A stretch of DNA of 64,000 nt. Origin: Eledone cirrhosa (taxonomy: Eukaryota). Below the pieces are notes generated by a model. That model was not told where the DNA came from, did not search any database, and was given only the letters and a program-made list of their open reading frames with translations. Positions 14,058-26,020 of this stretch are shown here, in pieces; the stretch's first letter is position 1, and every line of letters starts with the position of its first letter. The position numbers and the translations under genes are program-made. The stretch is from assembly GCA_964016885.1 (NCBI GenBank), contig OZ024741.1, positions 184,698,001 to 184,762,000 on the forward strand, written 5' to 3'.

Positions 14058-16468
14058 ATGTTGAGCAAGCAGGAACTCAGAATCTCACTTAAGTCCATAC
14101 CTATCCCGGACAGGAAGACATACCTCAAACTCCTAATACAGAGTATCAACTCTTTCATCCGAAGAATAAGATGGAAAGCGTTCCATTTTGACCGTGCGGT
14201 TGCTGCTGACGCCGGAAGTACAGCAAATAGATATGGATTTACCACCTGCAAGAACTCTCCACACAACATCCTGCTGGACCCTTTTGAGAAAGATCTATTC
14301 AACTTCGTCAGGAGCATTAAATTCAAAAATTATTATAGACACAAGAATAATTTCCTCACTAAATTAGCAACAACTATAACAAAATTTAAAGATAGCCACC
14401 TCTTACATGTTATGTCTGACAAAACTAAAAATCTATACACCATGACTCCTGAAACTTACAACTCTTTCCTTCTTAAAGAACTCAATAAAAACTATTAAAA
14501 AAACTATATCCTCCAGTGTAAACGTACTTAACCGAAAAGCCCAGGCTTTGGTTAAGGACTTGCATCTGGATAGATTTACCTACCCTTATGTAACAACAAC
14601 CCCAAGGTTCTCTCTCAAGGATCATAAGCCAAACTTTATAGAGAACCCATCTATTAGACTTATAAGCCCAACTACATCTGACCTGGGCTGCATCAGTTAG
14701 AACATCCTTGATAGGATAATCCCTGGGCTACGGGATGATATCACCTACAAGTTGTGGTCCAACACCGGCCAAGTCATTAGATGGTTCTCCGATCTAAGGT
14801 CCAAGCAATCTATGAGGTTCATCCAATTTGACATCGACAGTTATTACGCGTCAATAACCCCGGAACTGCTCAACAGAGCATTAACCCTAGCCAGCACCAA
14901 CTCGGACATAACAAATAATGAGATTAACATCATACTTATGGCTAGGCAGACTATCATTGAATTCAACGGAGCACTCGGAATTTATCTATTACATAACATC
15001 AGCCGAAATCCAACCCTTGCAAGGCCAGGGACGACGCCCTATTTGCAGTCCACAATTGCACTAATCGGGGCATCGATTTGCTAAAAATACAATTACATAG
15101 ATTCTTTAAAAATAACGGTCTCTCTATCACCATCGAGCCGAACCATAAAGTAGTAAACTTCCTAGACGTCACCCTGGATCTCAACAATAATCTATATTAC
15201 TCTTACCATAAACCAGGTGATATACTCACATATATTAGCCCACACTCTAGCCACCCACTGGCAGTCATCAGAGCAGTAATCAAATCTATCTCGTATAGGA
15301 TCTCAATGCTCTCAGCAAATGAGGAGATATTTATAAACCATGCACAATATTATAATAAGGCTCTTTCTGAATCTGGTTATGAACAATCAATTTATTACAT
15401 ACCTAAATGCCATAACACAGCAATTCACCAAAATAAACTTAACACTAGAACTAGAAATACCTATGCATATAGCCAGATTCGCCGGAATTTTAGCAGTAAC
15501 AGCACATATACAGGGAAGTATAAAGGTGGCAGCGGCCTGCTCCCCACTCCAAGAAGCAAACTAAAAATCAACCCTAGAATAGGAATAAGAAATGGGATGA
15601 CAAATAACAAATCCCCAGGTAATAATAACCCTAGGAAGGCCCCTACCAACTCCACTAGAAACCCTAGAAGGAATAGACCTAGAAATATCACCTGGCTCAA
15701 CCCCCCATTCTCATCTAATCTAGCCACTAATATCCCCAAACGCTTCTTCTCTATCCTATCTACCCCCCCCCCCCCCCAACCATAGATATTACAAACTGTT
15801 TAATAAAAATAGGATTAAAATCTCATTCTCCACAACACCTAACCTAGTTAGCCACATCGCATTCAGTAACCATCATAAACTAAGACAGTATAACTCCCAC
15901 ACCGCGGTACCACCACCCCTATCAAATACACCACGCCACTACACCAATATTAACTCTAGTAACACACCTCCCCCATCTAATCCTTCTAGCACTGACCTAC
16001 CGCTTAGGTTAAACTACCCTACTCTCACTAACCGCAGAAGCAACTGCAACTGCCGTTACCCCAATGCATGCCCATTAAATGGACACTGCCTGAAACCCAA
16101 CATAGTCTATAGGTGCTCGGTTAAACTGCTTCAAATACCAGCTCTTATATCGGGTCCACCCTTTTAAGGTAGGCTATAACGCACACTCTTTTTCCTTCTG
16201 AGACCCTAGCAACAGATGTTCGACATCGCTAGCTAGGATCATTAAAAACCTTAAATTAAACAACGTTCAACACTCAGTAAAATGGAATATCGTGGCTAGG
16301 GCCCAACCGTTCAATGGACGAAGAAAATTGTGTGATCTCTGTATTACAGAAGCATATTACATAACTCTATCACGACCTTTACCGATTATCGATAGAACGG
16401 AGGTAACTATTAGCTGTCAACATCGAAGGGCTAATTCCTTCGCCAATAGAATATTTGACCCAAATTAG
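14058..16468 (+). pseudogene. PLE RT / GIY-YIG polyprotein with stops, frameshifts and an internal RT deletion
   Basis: SLKSIPIP..FIRRIRWKA, SDKTKNLY, LKDHKPNF, FIQFDIDSYYASI, RDDAL, VNFLDVTLDL, YHKP..SSHP, RNITWLNPPFS, Cys-rich CNCR..ACPLNGHC linker, IVY..YIGST, CDLC..E. Confidence 0.88.
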
Positions 16469-16832
16469 TCATCTAGCCCCATTTTTACTTGTAGCTAATA
16501 AGTTAAATAGCTATGAACAATTTAGATAATTATAAGTTACCTCCCCTACATTGTCTCTCAAGTAAAAAATTAAAAAATTAAATACCCACAATTTCTAATC
16601 TCTCGAGGTGTTACTTCCCCTGAAACCACCCTCTATTTAGTAAGGTAAATATGTCCTCTGGCAGCCATCTTGTTACCCATAGGTAGATCTCATATAATGC
16701 AGCCTCGACAGATGAATACTGCTTGATTATGGCTGACAACTGATGCAACCAAGACACCATAGTGAAAAACCAATATATGGAACATTATATTATGTAACAT
16801 TCTCTCATTATTTTAATTTATATTTATATGTA

Positions 16833-17023
16833 GGGCGGTGGATTGGCAGTATCGGTAAAGGGCAGGACGCCATGCTTTCTAGCATAGTTACGTCCCTTTA
16901 CAGTCTGAGTTCTAATCCCGCCGAGGTTGACTTTGCCTTTCATCCTTACTGGGTCGATAAAATAAAGTACCAGTAATGTACTGGGTAATTGCTGGCCTTG
17001 TGCCTAAAGTAGAAACAATTATT
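16833..17023 (+). mobile_element. SINE S1 inserted in the PLE 3' region
   Basis: Full-length copy; 18-bp TSD ATTATTTTAATTTATATT at 16807-16824 and 17018-17035. Confidence 0.92.
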
Positions 17024-17189
17024 TTAATTTATATTCCGTTGAACTTCCGATGAGCCGCTCTGTCTTTTAAATACGTTAATTATTTTCAACTGAAGCAGAT
17101 CAATTATGATATATAGTCATCTGATCCAGAAATATTATATGGAGTAGTGAAACAATTGTAAACGGACATTATTATTATTAATATTATTA

Positions 17190-17380
17190 GGGCGGTGGAT
17201 TGACAGTATCGGTAGAGGGTCGGACGCCATGCTTTCCAGCATAGTTACGTCCCTTTACGATCTTAGTTCAAATCCCGCCGAGGTTGACTTTGCCTTTCAT
17301 CCTTACGGGGTTGATAAAATAAAGTACCAGTAATGAACTGGGTTATTGCTGGCCTTGTGCCTAAAGTAGAAACAATTATT
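17190..17380 (+). mobile_element. SINE S1 inserted in the PLE 3' region
   Basis: Full-length copy; 19-bp TSD ATTATTATTAATATTATTA at 17171-17189 and 17375-17393. Confidence 0.92.
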
Positions 17381-17583
17381 ATTAATATTATTACTATTAT
17401 TCTCTACATTCCTTACATCAAACTAAAATATGTTGACAATCTTTTAATAATGTCTTCCTTGTGAAGTTTGTGGCCTTGTTTTGCTTAACTAATGAATATA
17501 TATATATACATCTATATATATGTATATGTATATATATATATAAATGTACATATATACATATATGTATATGTATATATATATAA

Positions 17584-17773
17584 AATAATTGTTTCTACTT
17601 TAGGCACAAGGCCAGCAATTACCCAGTGCATTACTGGTACTTTATTTTATCGACCCCGTAAGGATGAAAGGCAAAGTCAACCTCGGCGGGATTTGAACTC
17701 AGATCGTAAAGGGACGTAACTATGCTGGAAAGCATGGCGTCCGACCCTCTACCGATACTGCCAATCCACCGCC
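17584..17773 (-). mobile_element. SINE S1, full length
   Basis: Near-identical to the 17190 copy, reverse strand; (TA)nAAATAAT on both sides. Confidence 0.9.
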
Positions 17774-18075
17774 TTATATATATATATATAAAATAATGTA
17801 TATAGATATATAGATATATACATATATACATCTATATATGTATAGATGTATATATGTATATATCTATATGCATTACTTTAACCATTTAACACAACTAATC
17901 AACCTCCCTCCGGCCTCAAACGTAACGTCCATTGGCAAAAAGTTGAATTAATAAACCAAGAAGCATAAAGAAGCCTACACATACGTATCTGTATGTGTTT
18001 GTATGTTTGCATGAATATGTCGGCTTATATAGATTGACACAAACACACACATACTTACATACGCACACACACACG

Positions 18076-18127
<52 letters not shown>

Positions 18128-18136
18128 CATACATAA

Positions 18137-18169
<33 letters not shown>

Positions 18170-18400
18170 CATATCATATCGTATATATAACTGTGTATAA
18201 ATCGATCGATCTATCATGCGTGTATATACCTGTATGTCTTTCCGTCTATCTGTCCTTCAATCTACCAAAACAACTACCGGTCTATCTATCTCTCTGTATG
18301 TATACATGTGTACGTTTAAATAAATAAATTGATATTCATATATATATATACTCGTATATATGTATATATGTATATTAATATACATATATATATATACTCG

Positions 18401-18477
<77 letters not shown>

Positions 18478-18625
18478 ATATATATACGAGTATATATGTA
18501 TATTAATATACATATATACATATATACGAGTATATATATGTATATTAATATACATATATACATATATACCAGTATATATATATATATATATATTAATTTA
18601 TTTATTTAAACGTACACATGTATAC

Positions 18626-18691
<66 letters not shown>

Positions 18692-18876
18692 GATTCTACA
18701 TACGTGCGTTCTTATAGGTGTGTGCATGTGTTGATCGCACTGTAGGCTTCATGTGTATTTATATGTAGGACTCTCTGCATGGCCACATTCTTCTATATAC
18801 ATTTATACATATATATGTATACACGTACACTCACACGCAGAGCCGCACACAATACACGGACACATACATACATACA

Positions 18877-18954
<78 letters not shown>

Positions 18955-19697
18955 TATATATATATATATATATGCATATATATTTATATATATATATATA
19001 TATATATATAAATACGCACAAATGCCAAACCGCCTCCAGCCGAAGTCACCCAAACCTACAGCCACCCATCACCTACAAACCTAGCAAACACCCTACCCTG
19101 CTCTTGGTTGCACGTGCAATAAAATTACTGTTAAACCAGCAACAACAAGGACAATAACAACGACAATATTGGAACAACAACAACAAAAAACTACAAAAAA
19201 GAAAACAAAAACAAAGAATAAAAACATCTAACAATAAGCAAACATTAAAACGAATCAGTCACATGAACAAAAGCAACAATAACAACAACAAATACAACAG
19301 CAACAAAAGCAACTCCGATAATCGCAACAAGAACAACAGCGGTCGCAGCTGCAAGATAAAACAGTGACAACAGCCAAGACCACACTACCAACACCAACAC
19401 CAAACACCACCAACACCACCAACACCACCTTCACCATTAACACCACAAGAACAGCAATGACAACAACAACTGCTACAAAAACAACAACGATAAAAGCCAG
19501 CACCAGCAGAAATAATACAGTGAAATCGTAAAGAAAATTCTAGATGAATAATAAATGAAGAGGGAAGTGGTGGGAGAGGTGATGCATGAAGGTGGAATAG
19601 TATTGGTGATTGAGAACGAGAAATAAGAGGGGTCGGTGTGCAGTTGCGGTGGTGTGGTGTGGTGTTGGTGTTGGTGGAGGGGGACTTAAGAGCAATG

Positions 19698-19805
19698 GAA
19701 GAAGAAGAAGAAGAAGAAGAAGAAGAAGAAGAAGAAGAAGAAGAAGAAGAAGAAGAAGAAGAAGAAGAAGAAGAAGAAGAAGAAGAAGAAGAAGAAGAAG
19801 AAGAA
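19698..19805. repeat. (GAA)n microsatellite
   Basis: Direct inspection; source of the poly-E/R/S/F ORFs. Confidence 0.95.
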
Positions 19806-20094
19806 AAAAAAAGTAGGAGAAGAGGAAAAATAATGGAGCGATTTTGCAAAGAAGAGAGAGGAAATGATGAAGGGGGAGAAGAATGGGTTGCAGAATAGAG
19901 GAGAGATGGAAAAGAGGCGTTGTGTAAACGAAAGGGTTTGTTGATAAAGTACGTTCATCTGACTAGCGCCATCCATCAAATGAGACAGCGCCGGCCGCTG
20001 GCTCTCAAGCAGACTCTTGCTAGTAATAAGGCTTTTCACTCTGACAACCTACCCAAGCGTTACAAAAAGCGACTCCAATGATTGCTGCTCATCA

Positions 20095-20133
<39 letters not shown>

Positions 20134-20583
20134 GAGACACACATACATACATACACGCATTCACACATACACCGACACATACACACAGACACACAGTCAC
20201 AGACACACAGTCACAGACACACAGTCACAGACACACACACACATTCACGCTTACACACAGGCACACGTACACAGACACACACACACTGACATACATACAC
20301 AGACACACACACACACACAGACACAGACACATACACACATACACAGACACACATACACATACACACATACGCAGACACAGACACATACACACAAACACAC
20401 ATATGATACTACATACATTTTCACACTAACATTTTCGCGTGAGCATACATTGAGACAGACATATATGTATGCATTTGTACATACACATCAAACATACTAT
20501 AGTCTGAAAAAAAAACGCACATACAGACACACACACACACGCGCACACATACACACACGCACATACACACACACACACACACA
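20095..20583. repeat. Degenerate (CA)n-rich tract
   Basis: Direct inspection; source of the HT-rich ORFs. Confidence 0.9.
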
Positions 20584-20891
20584 AATATATATATTTACAT
20601 TAAATCGTAACAGGATTCAGAGAGATCAATAATGATCTGGCCAGCGGATTCTCCTGGGAAAAGCATCACGACAGGCATGAATCGGAAATTATGATAAAGG
20701 GAAAACGTGTGTATGTGCATATATGCATATATGCACATACACTACACCTGATGTCCGCCCCTTCATACATACGCACACATGTATATCATGACTCGTACAC
20801 TGTTCATTTTCCTGACATTTGTACATTATTCTATATACTATGCATGCACCTTTGATGAGTTGTAGTGCACCTGAGCACTGTACACAATAAT

Positions 20892-20986
20892 TTTGCCTTT
20901 CATCCTTACGGGGTCGATAAAATAAAGTACCAGTAATGCACTGGTTAATTGCTGGCCTTGTGCCAAAAGTCGAAACAATTATTATT
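20892..20986 (+). mobile_element. SINE S1, 5'-truncated (3' half)
   Basis: TTTGCCTTTCATCC...GAAACAATTATTATT. Confidence 0.85.
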
Positions 20987-20987
20987 A

Positions 20988-23810
20988 AAACGAGTAGGGT
21001 GTAGGACCTGGTTACTGGAAGCTGAACATATCACTTACGGCACTTAAGGCTTACAGGGACCGAGTCAACAATTTAGTTAAGCACAATTTGACAGGGGGGA
21101 TCGTCAACAACAGATGGTGGTTGAGGGGGGGGGGCTCTCAAAAGAGAGATTACCGTAACTTCGATAGGGTTCAGCAAAGAACTAGCGTTAGAGAAAAATA
21201 AAAAGGAGGATAAGCTAGTAGATAAGTTACACGAGGCTATTTGTAGTGGCAATCATGCATTGTCAGAGCTAAGGCGCGTGCGCTGTGAAACGAGGGAACC
21301 AAAGCTGTTCGATGGGCTCGCGTGGCGGAGGCGCAGCGTGGTAATAAAACCACAATTCGGTCTTTGGCGGACCGAGACGGACACAGGATAAGTGATTCCA
21401 AGCGGATGTGTGAAGCCTTTCGCCAGCACTTTTCTCGGTTGTTCAGGGAGAGTGGCGGGTCAGAGAGATTAGCGGATTTCAGTCCCTACCTTGACGGCTT
21501 GCCGCGCATCTCGAAAGTCGAAGCTGAGCGCTGCGAAAGGCCGATTACTTCAGCCGAAATTTAGGACGCCCTTGTCGGCTGCATGAGGCGCAAGTCACCC
21601 TGTTTGGATGGCCTGCCCTACGAACTTTACGTAAATATGCTAGACTTGTTCTCCGATATCCTCGAAGCCCTCTACTGCAACTGGCAGCAGAATGGGAGTA
21701 TTCCCAGTCCTGTGAGCAGGGGAGTGGTGACGCTGATGAGAAAAGACGATAACAAGAGGGATACATTAGCCAACTACAGGCCCGTAACTCTGCTTAACAC
21801 AGTTTAAGATTTTAGCCAAGGTGCTAACAAAGAGATTGGCGCTTGCCGTCGAGGATTTGGTTGGGGAGGCGCAAACTTGCGCAATCCCAGCCAGGTCCTT
21901 ACACGACAACATCCACCTCATATAGAGAGGGTAGGGTGTAAACCTGGCTTCGGTGGGGCACTGATCAATTTAGATCAATCGAAAGCATTCGATAGAGTCG
22001 ACCATCGGTATTTGTCCTCAAAGCAGCTGGCTTCGGCCCTCTCTTCAGAAGCTGGATCACTGCAATGCACAGCGGCACCTGCTCAGTGATCAAGGTTAAT
22101 GGACATTTCTCGGAACCGGGTCGGTCCAAGAGTTCCCTCTCTCTTCCCTTCTGTACGTATTGACACTCGAGGTTTTACAGAATGGAGGAGACAGGGCATC
22201 CCTGACGGATGGAATGCATGATTTGGAATGGCTCTGATAGGTAGCCATTCACCTTGACTGCCGAGCAGATGGTGGTGTGCACGGCAGCGATCCAGCCTCT
22301 GAAGACGGGACCGAAGCTCGGAACCTTGAGAGGCAAGTCCATGCCGCCCAACAGCGTCGTGGGGCGCTGGACGGACCGGTAAATTTGCACGGGGTTTGTT
22401 TTGGACCAGACCTCCAGGTGGAAAAGAATTCGGACGAGGTAACGAGCAAGGTAGCCTGTCTCACCCAAAAATGGGGTGCGAGGAAGCTATCACTGAAAGG
22501 TCGCGCGGAGGTGGAGAATGCGTGCATCGCATCTGTCATCTACTACCGCCTGACCATTGCGCCTTGCCCCTGTCCGCACCTCGCCAAGATGGAACGGCTC
22601 CTCTTCAAATTCTTGTGGAGAGGACAAGTTCCGTTGGAGAGGCGGTCCATCTGCTGCCAGCACCCTCTGCGCGGAGGGCTGGGCATGCCGTGGCTAATGA
22701 TGCGCAGACATGCACTGAGGCTCCGACATCTCCAGATATTCTGCTTAAACGGTGAACAGGTGTGGTCGCCGTTTATCAGACGGGCCTTTCCACAGCTCGT
22801 TTCTTTGACTGAGCTGCAGTCCTGTCCTGGTTGGATGAAGAAACTGAGACTGGGTGACTAGCACCTGGAATGTTACCAGGCACCTACTGCCCTCTACTAA
22901 GCGGGCAATGCGATCAGTGGAACTTCCACTCTCGTGTTCTATAGAGGATAAGTGGTGGGCACGTGCGATGACGCACTCGGAGTAGCTTTGGGCCTCGACG
23001 AAGTCGAACTACCCAGTCTGTTCTGGAGGTCTTTCGAGCCGAGGACGATGGACAGTTTCTAGAAATCCCTCGCTTGGTAGTGCTACCAGGGGGCATTGTC
23101 GGTTTGGGTTAAACTCTACAGGCACGGAAGTGCTGTCAGGCGGACCTGCCCGAGATGCGCACAGAGCGACGAAACCGTTCTGCACGCAGTAGTCCAATGT
23201 CTGTGCATTACTGACTTGTGGAGTTATGTCGAACAGCTACTCTCGCGTGTAGAACGGATCCGGCTATCGGCCCGCCGCCCTCCTTTGGCCAGGAAGTGCA
23301 GGCAATTTTCCTCTGTCTGGTGGCAGTTGCGAAAGAGGTTATATGGTGGACCAGATCGAAAGGACTGAAGACAGACACTTTTCTCTTCGGCCAATGCCTC
23401 ATCAACTTCTTCAAATTTCACCTGAAAAGTAAGATGAGGGTGGAGAGAGAAGTGCTTCCCCCCAGTACATTTGGTAAAAGGTGGATGAATGTGGCGAGAA
23501 TCGCCCGTGTGTTGGGCCTACACTGACCTTGCGCCTATAGGCTAGCTAATTTGAAGAGAGGGGTGCTCCCCTGGGTGCCCTAGAAGCGCAGGGTGGTTCA
23601 GGATCGGTGGGGTACCTGAGTCAACCCTGGATTGTCCACCCCTATAGAGAAAATATTTTGTTATATTTATGCACAGTTTATTTTATATTTTTATATCTTC
23701 ATTGTTAAATTAGTCTTGCCATTTTTACTAGACCTTATTGTAAACCCCCACTATCTGTGTCTTTGTATTGTACCCTACATGTCGGCCTTGTGGCCAATAA
23801 ATGTGAATCA
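20988..23810 (+). mobile_element. Tx1/L1-clade LINE, 5'-truncated and degenerate, with an internal inverted segment
   Basis: GPGYWKLN, KSPCLDGLPYELY, NYRPVTLLN, LDQSKAFDRVDHRYL, LSLKGRAEV, RGGLGMP, CPRCAQSDETVLHAVVQC; 3' end GGCCTTGTGGCCAATAAA. Homologous to the copy at 23915-29654. Confidence 0.88.
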
Positions 23811-23914
23811 TTTGCCTTTCATCCTTACGGGGTCGATAAAATAAAGTACCAGTAATGCTCTGGGTAATTGCTGGCCTTGTGCCAAAAGTAGAAACAATTA
23901 TTATTATTATTATT
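23811..23914 (+). mobile_element. SINE S1, 5'-truncated, with (ATT)n tail
   Basis: Starts at the same base as the 20892 fragment. Confidence 0.85.
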
Positions 23915-24093
23915 GGTCTATTCGGACGTCTTTTTGTTCGCTCCCAGTAAGTCGCTTTATTTACCTGTTATAATTATTTGTTGTTAAATGTTTCTTGTTG
24001 AGTTAGGGATACAAGCCCTTGGACTTTGCGCTGTGAAGGGGAAAGTATAATATTTGGGCCTTTTAAAACTTTTAAAAATGTTTTAAAGAAAAC

Positions 24094-25900
24094 ATGGCCG
24101 AGCCACGCCCCTATCCCCCACCCCAGCAATAGGTCTGCTGTCGTGTGACAACGGAGTAAAAGTTGAGAGGAGTGTTACAGAAATTGATTCAACAACACCC
24201 CCACAAACAACGTGATCAAATTCAACAACACTGAGAACACTAATTTAAAAATAATGACCACACCAACTACAACAATAACAACGTCAACCAAAATACAGAC
24301 AACAGAGAAAAATGACAACAAATGCTACAACGAAATTAACACCACTAACAAGAAAATAAACAACGACAACACCAACAGCAACAATACAAATTGCACCGAA
24401 AATAATAACAACAGTGGCACCAAAAACACAACCATCTACAACAGTGATAACAGCAACAACACCAACAACACCTTTTGTAGCAGTAGCAACAACAACAGCA
24501 CCAACAACAAGACCAGTAGCAGTAGTAGCGGCAGCAATAATAGTGCCGCTGAAAAAGGGGCCACTTCTTTCGCAGGTGTGGCCCGCAATATAGAAACAGT
24601 AGAGTTTACCTGAAACCCCCACCCGATTTCTTCAAAGACCAACAGCTGCAAGCAAAATGTCACATCAGGTGGAGAGAGCAACGGAGGCTCAAATCCCAAA
24701 GGCCTTGGGGTGCGTCTGGGCGCGCAGAACCCACATCATTCGAGGCAAAAAGTATGCCACAGTAGACATACTTGCGCGACCCCCCCCCCCCCGAGGCAAA
24801 GTCTCACTCTTTGGAAACCCTAAAGAGTGAGGAGATATTCTTGGACCCCTCCTACTGCGGGCAGAAATTTGTGAGGGTCAAAGTGACCCAGGTCCCGCCC
24901 GACGTGCCCATACCTTGGTTGGCTGCGTCTTTACTTGCTGGAATCAAGGACACCATACTGCAAATACAGAGAATGGGAAGAGAGAACTGGTCAGGTATAG
25001 GCATGCAAATGCTAATACAAATTGAGCAGGAGTTCATCGAGACCACCCCAGATATCATAGACCTCGAGGAAGGACTCCAACTCTCTATAAGCGTGGAAGG
25101 AAGGCGTCCAAAATTCTATCTCTGTGGACAGAAGGATCACCTCAAGGCCTTCTGCCCGCAGAAGACAGCCAAGAAGAGGGCCCCACTCCTTCCGACGCCT
25201 CATCCACTGCTGACAAGAGCAGGGCAAGCAACAGAGGCAGAAGACCGTTCCATGGTGCGTAGGAGGGCAACGTCCGTGGCACCGATACAAAGGCCACGGA
25301 CAACTAAAACAGCGGCAGCAGTGGCGGCAACACCAACAGTCGCAGTAGCTACACCGGCTGCCAAATCGCTGTGGCGGGCTCCACTACCACCAGCAACAGC
25401 CGTGGAGCTCATACCACTCCCAGATGCCATGGAATCCGATATGGAGTATGAGGCGGGAGTGAAGAGGCAAGAGGTCTGCCACAAAAAACAAAAACGAGAA
25501 AAACAATTAGCTTAGCCCTCCAAAAGCGAAGACAAACAAGGAAGGGTAAAGGCTGCAAGGAGACTTGGAGCAACAGCACCACCATCACCACCACAAGCAT
25601 CACCAACAACAACAACCACACCACCACCAGCATCACCAAAAAAACCAACATCGCAAACACAATAAAGTACACACACCCAACAGCAACAACATGAAAACAG
25701 CAACAAAACCACCCCTCCCACCAAAAGTACACAGCCATAAACATTGCACACCAAGGACTACTCAAATTACCACACACCACCAACACCAAGAACATTACCA
25801 AAAACATTAACATAGTGGAAATTTAACTCGAAGACTACAAACAAATAACACAAAAATTCCCCAACTGCGTTGGGTATTCCAGGAGCTCACTCTCCAAGAG
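24094..25900 (+). pseudogene. Tx1 ORF1 (gag-like), frameshifted
   Basis: N/T-rich N-terminus, SFAGVAR motif, degenerate zinc knuckle FYLCGQKDHLKAFC, low-complexity C-terminus. End boundary approximate. Confidence 0.7.
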
Positions 25901-26020
25901 AATCTATAAAGATATCGTCTTTGAGGCACCGATGACCAGCCGAAGAGACGGTTCTACTGTCCCTTCCCCACACGATCAAGGTAAGTGATCCTTTCTCACT
26001 CACCCCGTTCCTCATCCAAC

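Larger units (their letters stand above)
13801..17498 (+). mobile_element. Penelope-like retroelement (PLE), near full length, degenerate, carrying two SINE insertions
   Basis: RT + GIY-YIG pseudo-ORF; 37-bp terminal direct repeat (13801-13837 / 17462-17498); (TA)n on both flanks. Confidence 0.9.

Noticed and set aside
19385-20039. Poly-S/R/E/F ORFs
   Set aside because: All derive from the (GAA)n tract.
24212-24613. N/T-rich 133-aa ORF as a host gene
   Set aside because: It is the low-complexity start of Tx1 ORF1.
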